Positions 12,370 through 24,329 of a stretch of DNA of 64,000 nucleotides are shown piece by piece. The notes beneath the pieces were generated by a model. The model was not told the DNA's origin. It worked only from the letters and a program-made list of their open reading frames with translations, and did not search any database. This DNA is from Azolla caroliniana (lineage: Eukaryota > Plantae > Polypodiophyta). The DNA lies in the NCBI GenBank assembly GCA_043228905.1, contig JBHGNT010000016.1, positions 6,634,001 through 6,698,000 of the forward strand. Reading direction: 5' to 3'. Within the stretch, counting starts at the first letter, position 1, and every line of letters begins with the position of its first letter. The position numbers and the translations under genes are program-made.

Positions 12370-13411
12370 CTTGAGCTCTCCAGTCCATCAGCAGAGCTCA
12401 GAATATTGGAGGTTTTTTACAACAAAATATACAAGGTTATTGTAGTAAATACTCCAGAAAGATTGCAATTGTTCATCTTAATTGTAAGGTTGCTGAACAG
12501 TGCTTATTGGCAATGCAGATATTTCCGTTCAACGAAAAAATTGAAACTATTAATGACCAGTATTGGACACTACGGGCTGAAGAGGCATATATCTTAAACC
12601 TTGAGAGCTGCTGTTTCATATTTTTTCATTTGAGTTAGTTGAGTATAATCTGGATGTAGTAATCTGAAGGAATGGAATAATTTTTTGCTATCTATTACTG
12701 AAGTCTCACATTCTCATATGTTTACAATATCTTACCTGGAAACAAATAAATGTTCAATTTACCTACGATTCAATCATAAGATTGAAATGCAGTTTGATTA
12801 TCTGTAAATATATTCTGCATATTAAATCTCAGATGTTTTTCAAGTGTTACTCTGGAAAGTGTAGTTACTCAGTCTTACCATAACAGTCGGATCACATTCG
12901 CATATTTTAGAAGTTCTAACCTGGAAACAAATCAATGTTAAATCTACTTACATTTCAATCATAATATTGAAGCGCAGTTTGATAATCTGTAGGTGTATAT
13001 TCTGCATATTAATTTCCAAATGTTTTTTTCATGATACTCTGCAAAAAAGTGTAGCAATTTTATCTTTACTTGTCATTAGACCTGGCCTGCTTCCATGGTT
13101 AAGTAGTTTATCTAGGTTATTATGTGTGCAGATACCTGAAGAAGAAAAGGAAATAGCACCACAAGATAGATTGGTACATATTTATCATTTTACAAGAGAT
13201 GCCTCTCAAAATCAAATGGTATGATCATAACTTCAAAGCATCGAAAGATGGGGATGTCTTATTTTTGTTTAATTGATTTGAGAGTCATGATCTTCAGGTT
13301 CAAAATTTTGGTGAGCCGTTCTTCTTGGTCGTCCATGAGAATGAGTCATTGCATTCTGTTAAATCTCGCATACAAAGGAAGCTGGAAATAGCAGATGCAG
13401 AGTTTATGAAG
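12370..13411 (+). pseudogene. UBP12: Four-exon fragment of a ubiquitin-specific protease UBP12/UBP13 (USP7-like) C-terminal region
   Basis: Exons at 12370-12435 (LELSSPSAELRILEVFYNKIYK), 12519-12584 (IFPFNEKIETINDQYWTLRAEE), 13132-13218 (IPEEEKEIAPQDRLVHIYHFTRDASQNQM) and 13298-13411 (VQNFGEPFFLVVHENE...). Acceptors are AG; donors are GT except one GC. Upstream and terminal exons were not found. Confidence 0.85.
12707..13055. repeat. Diverged tandem duplication of about 185 bp in the UBP12-fragment intron
   Basis: cacattctcatat...cctggaaacaaat...tattctgcatattaa...aaagtgtag occurs twice, starting at about 12707 and about 12893. Confidence 0.8.
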
Positions 13412-14029
13412 GTGCATTGTTGATTCTGACATTGTAGCAAGCAGATTTCAGGTATTACATTTGATATTTTCTGCTTATCTAGAAAGTTTAACAAACGATT
13501 CTTGATTTCACTTCAGATACCCTGACAAAAGTGGTTTCACAAATCTTAACCATACCATTGATATATGCAAATTGTTGAACCTTAGAAGCATAACCATTTG
13601 AGCCACATTCTAAAGAAAAATGTCTCTTTATGTCACATACACATAAAAAAACATAAGAAATATTTTAAGGAGACGAGGAGACGACTTTGTATATTAAACA
13701 TCTAAACAACTAATTGGTAATTATGCTTGTACTTGTGACCTCACAACAATAAACGCGCTATATCAAGTGTCTTGTTGAAGGCTAATTAATAAGCGGAGGG
13801 GCGTAGAGGAAAACCAAGTGTGAGATGGAAGTAGGAGAGAGGTTGTCGATACTATGTCAGGTGAGAAAATGGGAGGTGGGCGGAGGAAGAGATGGATGGG
13901 ATGACTAACCAGGGAGGGGGGATATACTATTATGTGCATGTGTATTTGATGCTTTTTCCGTTATGTGGACTTAGGGTGATATATGGAGAGGAGATATTGG
14001 CAGGGTTTCGTCACCCGTTCGCCCGCCCT

Positions 14030-14790
14030 CTTGTAACACATCCGATGTGTTGAGATCACGGAACCACAACACACCGCCTCGATGGATTGAAGTGAGGGCC
14101 TTTCTCAACGCGTAGAGAAACGCCCATTGTAACACATCTGCTTTGTTGATAGGTTCCATGATCGGAACCACAACACACCACCTCGACAAATTGAGGTGAG
14201 AGCCATCTCACGGGTAGAGACAACCCCGTGAGTCATGGGCTTCTAAGTTTTCTTGACAGATGGAGAAGACACCCGTGACTCACAAGATGGAGGATAGTTT
14301 TTTTTTTAAAAAGACACCCATGACTCACAAGATGGGACAATCAATTCAAATGAGATAATGGGACAAATTGGTTTGGAGGTTGGACAAAGGATGGTTGGGT
14401 GGTACGTTCAGCGGGTCCCAATTCGGAGATCCACCCTAATCACAAAATTTCGGTGCTGTTACACCGCCCACCCCCGGAAGACAACCAAACCGGTGCTGTA
14501 TTGGATCGGATTGCCCATACGCCTGCCAGCCCACCCCTTGCGGACAACCAAACCGGTGCTTGTATTGGATCACCCATCGGCCCCGCCTGGCCCCCCCCCC
14601 CATCCTGCGGACAACCAAACTGATACAATATCAGACCGAACGGACGTCGATACTGATGCTTGTACCGGATCGCACATCCGCTTGCCTGCCCAACCCCCCG
14701 CTTGCTTGTATCAGATCGCCTGCCTGCCGACCCGCCGCGGACAACCAAATCGATGGCAGTATCGGACCGGATGGACGTCTGCATACTACC
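14030..14790. repeat. Cluster of short imperfect direct repeats, probably TE subterminal sequence
   Basis: AACCACAACACACC occurs twice (period about 105). GACACCCRTGACTCACAAGATGG occurs twice. GACAACCAAA... occurs 4 times (about 14480, 14543, 14610, 14740) in a GC-rich block. Confidence 0.6.
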
Positions 14791-15177
14791 GAAAACTATA
14801 AAATTAGCCCTCCATGCTATAAGAATAGCCATAGCTCTGCTTTTTTTTGGGGGGGGGGGGTGTTATAGCCATAGCTAATGCTTTTTTGGTGTGCCCCCTT
14901 GCAAGCCTCCCATTACTGTGTGCTCTGTTCTGTTCTGTTCTGTTCTGCTCTGCTCTGCTCTGTTTTTGGATTTGGGTGTCTGTTTTTGCAAGCCTCCCAT
15001 AGTTGAGATGTGTGAGGGATTATGGATAGATTTGAATCTCTGAGATTTTCCTCAGATTTCCTCTGCAAATTGCAATTAGTGTGCGCTACAAGAGGCCTAC
15101 ATATGCGTGTACAGTATGTTGATGTATGTGTATAGGTACTAAGGTATTCATTCCATCGCACACAGATCGTGCTGAAT

Positions 15178-15425
15178 AACCCTAACCCTAACCCTAACCC
15201 TAGGGAGAACACACAGTAGGCCTGCAGTAGAAGTATACATATTATATGTATGTATGTAGAGGAGAGAGATCTGCACCATTAATCGTAATCTTAAAACCCT
15301 AAAACCTAATCATCAGCCGTAGAAAACAAAACCTCTGCTCCGATTTCCGATTTCCGAAGACCCTAAACCCCTGATACCCTAAAACCCCAAAACCCTGAAA
15401 GTCCCAAGATTTCTAAAACCCTAAT
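15178..15425 (+). promoter_or_regulatory. Telo-box-rich promoter/5' UTR of the aminopeptidase gene
   Basis: A (CCCTAA)n run at about 15180-15202 and several AAACCCT(A) motifs lie directly upstream of the ATG at 15439. Confidence 0.5.
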
Positions 15426-15438
15426 TCCTCAAGTCCCC

Positions 15439-18351
15439 ATGGCACCCCTAGACCCGCATTCCTACGCAGACTCAACACACCCTCTCACTAACCTAATCGA
15501 GCTTGCCCTCTTCTTAGATTTTGACTCAAAGTCCATCCATGGCTCTGCGACCCTTCATCTCTCCCGTCCATTCAGTGGGGATTTCTTCCTTGACACAAGG
15601 TCTCTCCATATCTCTGTTATCTATGGAAAATCCTCTGACATCATTCTTCCTTTCAAGCTCTCTGAGCCAGACGCAATCAAAGGCACACTGTTAACAGTTT
15701 CCTTGACTAACCAGTCGTCTTTTACAGTTATTTTCCGTACAGATAGTGGTGGCTCTGCGTTGCAATGGCTAGATCCTGCCCAGACAGCAGGTGGGAAGCT
15801 ACCTTATGTATTCACACAGTGCCATGCCATTCATGCAAGGTCAATCTTCCCATGCCAAGACACGCCGGCCGCCCGAATCCGCTACACGGCCAAAGTGAAT
15901 GTCCCGAGCGAATTGTCTGTTGTAATGTCCGCCGCCCATATGGGCCGAGCATCCGATCAATTCGCAGGCACCATGGCATCTGTGGGTGCCTCCTCCGATC
16001 AATCAACAGGTGATGAATTATCAGCATCAGTGATGACCACATTCGGATCTTCCATGGGTGCCTGCAATGACAACCTCTGGTTTGCCGAGGGTCGTGTTGT
16101 GGAGCTCTTCCAGATGGAGCAGTGCATCCCGCCCTACCTCTTCGCCATGGCTGCTGGAGACATCACCTTTGCTGACCTTAGCCCCCGCTCCCGCATTTAC
16201 ACCGAGCCACCCGTCTTGGCTGCCGCAGCCCATGAATTCTCTGATACTGAGGCCATGATGCTCCAAGGTGAGACTCTCTTTGGCCCTTACGAATGGGAAA
16301 GATTGGATCTTGTGGTGATGCCACCAAGCTTCCCTTATGGCGGTATGGAGAATCCAAGGATGGTTTTCTTGACCCCGACTGTCATCGTCGGCGATAAGAG
16401 TGGTGCCCAAGTCGTAGCGCATGAACTTGCCCATAGTTGGACCGGGAACCTTATCACCAATGCAACGAATGATGACTTCTGGCTTAATGAGGTACTAAAG
16501 TATGTGTAGATTTGTCGTATCTATTCCTTGGATTTTCGGATTCTAGCTTTAAAGCAATTTCGTCATTATTTGACTACCTGATACCATTTCCAAAAGAATT
16601 GCATATGTCATCTGGCAATGGCAAATTCAATGTGTATTTAGCTCCTTAATGAGTTGAAAAGGCCAGAAATTGACATATTAGTATGTGGATTATCATATGG
16701 GTGGATGTAGTGGGATAGCTACTATGATTTGGACATAGGCTTCAAGGAAGTACATGATATAAGTATATGAACCTAATGTTAAAGAAGGCATTGAAAAGGT
16801 TTAGGAGTTCATGAACTATCAGATGGTCAGACTCCCATCAACTCTTTGTTTGCTCTTGTGGTCAAGATATGTAGTCCTATTGCAATTTGGGTATGCAGGG
16901 TTTTACGACTTATGCTGAGCGGAGGATTAAAGAAGCATTAGAGGGTAAAGAGCGAGCGAATCTACACCTTGGGCTTGGATGGAGTGGGCTGCAAAAAGAG
17001 ATGGGAAGGTTCAAAGACCGTCCTGAGTTCACAAAACTAAAGACAAACCAAGAAGGTGTGGATCCTGATGAAATCTACTCAAAAGTACCGTATGAGAAAG
17101 GATGCCAATTCCTTATCCGGCTCGAAAATGAGGTTAACTCAACTTGCTTGTACTTCATCAATGTTTAAACCTTACAATTTATCCATAATAACTGTGAAAT
17201 TGCTATGCTTAATCAATGCTTAAAAAAGCTTACTGTATATGCATTTGTATGAGTTCGAACAATGTGTTTTGTCATACTGTAGCTTATGCTATATCCTTGT
17301 GATACCATGTGAAATCACATACTTTTTGTTATGCTTTAAAAGCATATGTTATATGACTCAGATACCATGTAAAATTGGATGCTTTTATGTAGTTTGGGCG
17401 AGCAGCATTTGACGATTTCTTGAAGACATATATATCCACATTTCGATTCACGTCCATAAGCACAGAGACATTTTTAGTGTTTTTGAAAAGTTACTTCAGT
17501 GGCATTGAAGAGAAGATCGATTTAGACATGTGGGTCTATCAGCCAGGGATCCCTCCTGATGCCAAAGAGCCCAAATCTGCTATCCTTGAAAAGGTCCTAA
17601 CCTTAGCAAGTGGATTTAGTTCAGGCCAACGTATTAGTGAAGCTGAAAATGCCTCATGGGAAGCTCTTGAATGGCAAATTTACTTGGAAAATTTGCCCAA
17701 AAAGCTCCAAGCAGAAGAGGTAATAAATCTCCAAGCATTATGTGAATCGATGCATTAAATCCCATCCAAAAACTTTTATCCTCAGGGTATAGCCTAAACC
17801 TCTAAGCTTACATGAATTGAATTATCAAATCATATGCAACATATTTTTGTGCCATTAGTCTTAAAAACTGAACATGAAACGTTATGTAAGCTAAACCATT
17901 AAAAATCCCTAACAATAAACTTTATGTGAATTGAAGCATCAAACCTTTATTCCTGAGCTTTTAAACATAGACCTTAAAATTGGAACCCTAAACTAAATGC
18001 AAGTATTGAACCAGTAAATAATATGCTGAATTTTGGGTTGTCTTCTTTTATCACAAGATTGCTGAGCTTGATGAGAAGTTCCACTTCTCGAAGAATGATA
18101 ATTGGGAGATCAAGATTGCGTTCTTGACAATTGCGGCGTTCTCGGGCTACAAGCCATGCTTTTCAAGCATAGAAGTTGCTCTACATGAGGTTGGGAGGAT
18201 GAAATATTTGCGGCCTCTATACTCAGGGTTGCTTCAAAGCTCACCCGAAGCAAAAGAGCTTGCCAAAAGGGCTTTTGTTGAAGCCAAAGACAAGTACCAT
18301 CCCATTGCTCAATCTGTGGTTAAAGGCTTAATGCATAAGTTTGATCATTAA
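15439..18351 (+). CDS. LKHA4: Leukotriene A4 hydrolase homolog / M1 leucine aminopeptidase, 4 exons (15439-16491, 16899-17132, 17393-17719, 18058-18351), about 635 aa
   Basis: N-terminus MAPLDPHSYADS, GGMEN motif, zinc motif HELAHSW...WLNEG, catalytic Tyr region YSKVPYEKG, C-terminus GRMKYLRPLY. All three introns are GT-AG, phase 0, and the spliced frame is open. Confidence 0.95.
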
Positions 18352-20679
18352 AGGGAGAATCTCTTCTCCCTATTACTACTTTGTAATGGGCATGCTTTAC
18401 CCATTTAATCATCTAATTGTAGATCATCATCCCTCCACCAAAGTTGATGGACAAATTTTGGGTTGTCTTTAATGTCTTCACTACTATCTAGAATTCATTA
18501 AGGTTTTTCACAAATTTTCCCACTTCACAAATGTAGCTAACCTGGCCTGTATTGGGCAGCTAATGAAACAAACCATAATTGTGGGGAAGTAGGCTAGAGT
18601 CAAGTGGTGTTTGTTATATTTAGGTAGTTCATCTAAGCTTATAGGTAATCAAACATCTTATAAATGTGGGTTTAGGGTTTAGGGTTTAGCCCAAGTGAAC
18701 TGTCTTATGTCTTTACCTAACCTATACTTCAAGCTATCTTTGTAGATGAGTGAACAAGACAAACTTATGGGTAAGTTTGCAATCGTTAGTTAATGAAGCA
18801 AGATGTGATTATTGCTAATTAGGATAGTGCCAATGTCATTGCTGCTATATCTAGTTAATTTACTTTGTTATATTGACATTCTTTTGATACCTCAACAAGC
18901 AAGGTGCCTTTGTAAAGGAGTATTAGATTTAGAATTTTTATCGTCCATAAGAGGCCAGTTTTGACCTATGGGACAGAGTATGCACGTGTTCTTGATATGT
19001 GTCTCCTTCCTAAGAAATCTCTATGTGTGAACAAAGCGTACACATGAGCTCAACCTTCTAGGTGGTGGCTTAAGTATGGCACTTAAGTTATCACTCCCAC
19101 TTTGTATGTCAGCATATCTTGAATGAATTGCACTATATGTCGAGAATATAGTGATAGTGATGCAGATGCAACCCAACTCTCCCAATGTGATGACAAGCTA
19201 TTTTTTTATGAGCTACATTGGCTATAGTTCTTTGACAATTAGCGAAGCTTTCGCATGACAATTTAAGAAGGTTGGGAGGAAATAGTTCTTGTAATCCAAA
19301 AGCTCATGCAAAATTAAATACAATCAAAGCTAAAAGGACTTGAAAGAAATATATTTCACCTTTTAGGCTCAAGAGGATCATTGATATCATCAAGAAAGTT
19401 TATGCATCAATTAAAGCAAAGTTAGAAAGAAATACAAAAAGTGAATGTTAAACGATTGAAATGCCCATTGGCAGTTACATATAGCAGTTGTAGTATGAAT
19501 TCTGTAATACGAAGCTTGAATCTTCAAGGAGGAGCCAACGATGTAAATGTTTTGCTAGTTTCTCGGAGATATAAATGATCATCAATCATATCAGCCATGT
19601 ATTTCATTGACTTTCTTTAAAAGGGGAACAAGTTACAAGTAGTTTAACTGCACATGTTTAAGCAAATCCATTTGTGAAGTTAATGACCAAGAAAGACTTT
19701 TCAAGTCCATTGGTGGATTCATAATGTCACTCGAATTGCATGCCACCACTACTTAGTCCTACACCAAACCTACAACACGTGATAGTGATGCTCTATGTTC
19801 AAATTCAAGGCCATAGCTTTCAGACATCTTGGATCCATTTGAGTGAAGTCCAAGGTGAAATTTTGGACATTTACTATGGATATTTATCTTTTTGAGTAGT
19901 TCTCACAATTGATGTTCAATGACGAGGAAGACACTTCTATAATTAGATATTAAACTATTGTTTTATAATATTTTGAACAATTGATTATTAAATTAGTTGG
20001 AAGTAATTTAATTTGTAACTATATACCCAATCAATCACCCACCAACAAAATCAATTATTAGAGTTAATTACTAATACTTAGCTATTGGTTATTGATCCTT
20101 ATTGCTTGATCGATAATTATATGCCAAAACATTAAAATAGAAATGTATTCATCCCATACCTAATTCATTTCATTTATTGCCAAAATCAACATAATGATGG
20201 ATTAAGGAATAAGTGATGTCAATCACATTATATCTAATGTTAACATCAATGAACCCCACTAGTGGTGAGTTTTCTCATGTAATGTTACCCATATGACATC
20301 CCAATGTAATCAAACACTCTGTGATTCTTCGTGCGATGTATCTTTCAACAAAAGGCAACGATGGTCTAATATCATCATTGCACTGGAATTGCGGAACTCT
20401 TATCCAATCTAAATTTGCTCGAGTATCACTTTTAGCTAACAAGATGATCGTTGCACTCTTATCATGGGACAATCCCAAAACAAATCTTGTAACCAAAACA
20501 AATTTAGCTCCCAAAACAAATCTTGTAACCACAATCCCAAATGACTGCAGTAGAATTCCATGGATAAAACGTTGCATATCATCAAAACTCACTAGAGAAA
20601 ACCTTCACTGGAAAATTTCCTCTAGACAGAATCTCAGCTCACATGGAAATTTCTGGTAGAGAGAATCTCAGCGTACACA

Positions 20680-21310
20680 ACTATGCCTCTTTGCTCTTGA
20701 TGGAAAATTAATGACGCAATTCATTGCAATCACCAGCTCAATTCCATACATACAGACCCCTATTGAAGACTTTCTTTGTATTCATTAATGGTATATCTTT
20801 ACAGCCTTTTCAAAGACATTCCGATTCTGCAAGCCATGGAATAGAGATTTCGAAGATCCAGTATAAGAGATAAGAAAGTTGATGAAATCAACACCGATAT
20901 CATATTTTGTTCACAGCACCTGATTAATCTGGTGTGATCTCTTTGGTGCAGTATCTGTATATTCCAAACAAAGATAATACTCCCATATGTCTCCTTTTTC
21001 TTTACATGCACAAAAAAAAGTTAAGACTCTTGTCACAAAAAATTGCATTAGCAATTTGTTGTGACCATGATTGCCTTTATGAACTTCTCCAAGAAGAGCG
21101 TGTGACATAAGGGCCTTGATCTTTCCAATGATATGCATCACTAATGTTAGACTTGCCTGATTGATACTCACATCTCAATGGAGATTGATTGAGCTAGATT
21201 CAAGCCTCTTACTGATGCACAATGCCGATGTCGATGAGAAAGTAACCTATTCCCCTATTGTGGTGACTCCATCTTAATTCGCCAATGCCCAAAAAGGGTT
21301 CGTGATTACC
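20680..21310 (+). mobile_element. Heavily decayed chromovirus-type gag remnant
   Basis: About 21178-21300 translates as MEID*ARFKPLTDAQ...NLFPYCG...CPKR, resembling the gag C-terminus/zinc knuckle of the element at 38580-38710. Confidence 0.45.
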
Positions 21311-21395
21311 AAACAAACAAATATAGCTCTAAACAAGTTTAGAGGAGGCATTCTAGAAACTTTTGAAGCATGCATGCACATATAGTGCTCATGAA

Positions 21396-21839
21396 TGTTG
21401 GCCGATTAGGCCAAAGTAGGAAATGGGAGCCGGTTTTGGGATAAAGGGAGTTGTAATTAGAATTAATTATCATAATTATAAGATCGGACGGACGCACCCG
21501 GAATCAGTATGCCGATCCGGATCCGGATCGGTTCGTCGCCGGTTGCCGGTTGGCACCGGTTTGTAACACAACCGGATACCTATAAAAGGATCCGGATATG
21601 ATGTAACTAGAGACGGATAATTAATAGAGAAGTGTTGTTATTTTTATATCTTGTTTATCCTATCACTTCTGTTCTGTGCTTAATGATGTTGATCTTACGT
21701 GTGTAACTAATCGATCCGGATAACAATCGGAGAGGATCGGTTTTGTGACGGTCTTCCCATTCCTTACTGTACCACCCCTTTGGTGAAGTGTTCCGGAAGG
21801 ACATCCTGTGTCAGTGGCTTGTCCAGCCCAGGATTAACA
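21396..21839. mobile_element. LTR-like segment (possible solo LTR)
   Basis: TGTT...AACA termini, TATAAAAGG box at about 21581 and CCGG-rich U3-like composition. No matching TSD. Confidence 0.45.
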
Positions 21840-22170
21840 AACTTGTGGATATCGTTGATGAAAATTGTGGACTATATCAAGTACATTCTTTAAACTCTTG
21901 GTTGACTCCCATGTTGCTTCTAAGTTAGGGCACCCTTTCCATAGCACAAGGAATTGAAGTTGTTGACAAAGGAGGTGAGAGTTGAGTATCCTTTCGACCT
22001 CATACTCCTCTCTTGTAGACAATTTGACTAATGGGGAAGGAGAATGATCACATCTTGGAATTTGAGATGGATGATGGAGTTTAAGAAGGTATACATGGAA
22101 GACATTATGAATCCTTATTGCAAATAGTGTATCAATATGGTCTAACTTTAATGGTTTCACATGTAGACAA
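21840..22170 (-). mobile_element. Chromovirus integrase C-terminus/chromodomain remnant
   Basis: ORF 21834-22199 reads IHNVFHVYLLK...EEYEVERILNS...FLVLWKGCP...ATWE. Confidence 0.8.
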
Positions 22171-22539
22171 GACAATGTCAATAATGCAGCTACTTTCACA
22201 TGGTATTTTGGATCACATACACAGATTCTTACTTGGTGAAGGGATATTGCAATTCAATAATGGGACTTTATGTATTGATATCAAATGTATGAAAAGGTTT
22301 GAGTATGAGAAGGGCATTGAATATTATAAACAACCACATTTGAGCATATACCTTAAACAAGCAGCCATGTATGTTAGAAATGACAAAGATACAACCTAAT
22401 GCCACTCAAGAATGCTAATGAGAAGCTTTCATGCTCACCCTTCTTGGATGACATTTGAGAATGACACTTCAATTATCATGCCCGCCCAACAAGTTCTCAT
22501 ATTTCTTGCAAATTACCTTAATATACACTAAGTACACGA

Positions 22540-23220
22540 TAAGTAAGGATGTTCATCCTCCACTCGGTTTTCAATGCATAGAACTAGGCAATGATGAAAT
22601 AGTATGTTGGTTAAGGAAGAATCTATATGGCCTAAAATAGGTAATTGATAGTGGTCTAACATTGGAGAAGTCCAAAGATGGTATTTAGGATCTATAGCAA
22701 TAGTTGAGAAAATAATTTGGTATAAAGGACTTGGAATGGATGAACCAAATCTTGGTGTTGTATTCAATCAACTTGCTCATCCTATTATATGAAGTAGATG
22801 AGTCAATAGATCCACCTATCTCAAGGTGAATAAGTCATCAAAGTGCTCAATTGGTTCAATATGGATGTGTTAAAACATATTAGTAGGCCAATGCCAACTT
22901 ACATGAGATTAAAAAAGCATGAACTCCTAGATTTCAAATCTAAATTGGAAGAAATGTGGAAAATTTTGTACCTATCAATGGTTAGAAGCTTGATGTATGG
23001 TATGGTGTACATCACACTCAACATCGTGTTTGTGGTTGCAATTGTAAAATAAATTCCTTTCAAACTCCAACAAAGAGCATTGGCAAGTGGTATACTTGTC
23101 AAATGGAAGTAGTAACAAGGTGTGTACCTTGGAACAAGCAAAGCAATAATAATTGGATTTTCAAACTCACAATAAGAATTATACATTGGGACATTGGGGT
23201 ATGTTTTCCAATTTGCGGGT
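22540..23220 (+). mobile_element. Degenerate Copia reverse transcriptase remnant
   Basis: PPLGF...VCWLRKNLYGLK and YLSMVRSLMYGMV fragments. Confidence 0.7.
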
Positions 23221-24140
23221 AGAATGATATGAAAAAGTTTGATATTTTATTTGAGATTCCATAGAAAAGAATCAGTTTATTTTGTCATTGAAATTGCACC
23301 ATTCTGTACTTATGACGGCTTTATCCAATACCATTTACACCAAGTGGTAATGCATGCTTAGCCTTGGTAGGATGGGAAACCCTAGTATGAGAACAAATTC
23401 CTTTATTCCGTTTCTTGTTGTAGTTGTCCTATATTTTTCGTGCATAAAAGTCATGAGCTCAAATCTCTCAAGTATGCATATGCTACACTCCTCACCCTAA
23501 TCTTTTGTATTTCATTTCTTCAACCAAATTCTTGTCCAACTCATCAATCTCTTGACCAAAACCCTAGAGGTTCCACACATGCAAGCACGAACATTCACAT
23601 GACAATGGAATCTCAAGAACCTACATGCATGCCACCTTTAGCAAGTGGAAGATACAATGTCTTCACATAATTAGAGTGTGAACGGCCTATACAAACCATG
23701 TGTAGATATGGTTCCTACATATAAGTATGTAGGTAGAACTCAACCATGTGTGACCTTTTGACGAGTGGTTGTTGTGAATAGGACAAACAAAGGAAAAGGC
23801 TAGTTGGTTTGACTAGCATGAAATCTTCAAACCTCCAACCCTCACTAGATAAGGAGTAAAAGTAGGGCTTGCAAAAAGTAGTATTGTGATTGAGTTAGTT
23901 AGTTGAGTTGAAGACTAATTCTACTATAATGTGTAACATTTGTATGTCATTCTCATTGTGTAAAATGTACTTTCACATTTTATCATCCCCACAATTATAT
24001 TAGTATTTATATGTCTGTAAAACACTACAATGATGCCACAACTAAGACCTATCCCCAATACACAAGTAGTGGGACATGTTGAATCACCAATAGACAAAAC
24101 AAACACTCCACTGATGTTGACATGTATATGCCATTGTGAA

Positions 24141-24204
24141 ATGTAGGAGTTGAAACCATAACCTCTTGGTCTCATTGGGCAACCTTACCAACTAAGCTAT
24201 ATCC
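24141..24204 (-). other. tRNA-derived segment (SINE head or tRNA pseudogene)
   Basis: Minus strand reads GGATATAGCTTAGTTGGTAAGG...GGTTTCAACTCCTAC: an A box and a degenerate B box at tRNA-like spacing, with no clean cloverleaf. Confidence 0.5.
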
Positions 24205-24329
24205 ATATGGGCTCTCTTTGTCTCTCCCTAAGCCAATTCAAAGGGAGATTCTATCATTTTATTAGTGTAAATATGCCAAGAGGAGTAAAAGTCAATGATA
24301 ATGTGATTGAAAGCCCAAACAATCAAATG

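Noticed and set aside
14460-14790. GACAACCAAA repeats with variable intervening sequence, superficially CRISPR-like
   Set aside because: The context is eukaryotic, the repeats are degenerate, the spacers are mutually similar and C-rich, and there are no cas genes. It is better explained as TE subterminal repeats.
18668-18690. (TTTAGGG)3 telomere-like repeat
   Set aside because: Too short to be an interstitial telomere. Such telo-box runs are common near plant genes.
18900-20250. Possible decayed DNA-transposase remnant downstream of the aminopeptidase gene
   Set aside because: Only vague motif resemblance, with no continuous frame I can support.
24141-24204. Functional tRNA gene
   Set aside because: The acceptor and anticodon stems do not pair convincingly and the B box is degenerate. 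Kept only as tRNA-derived.
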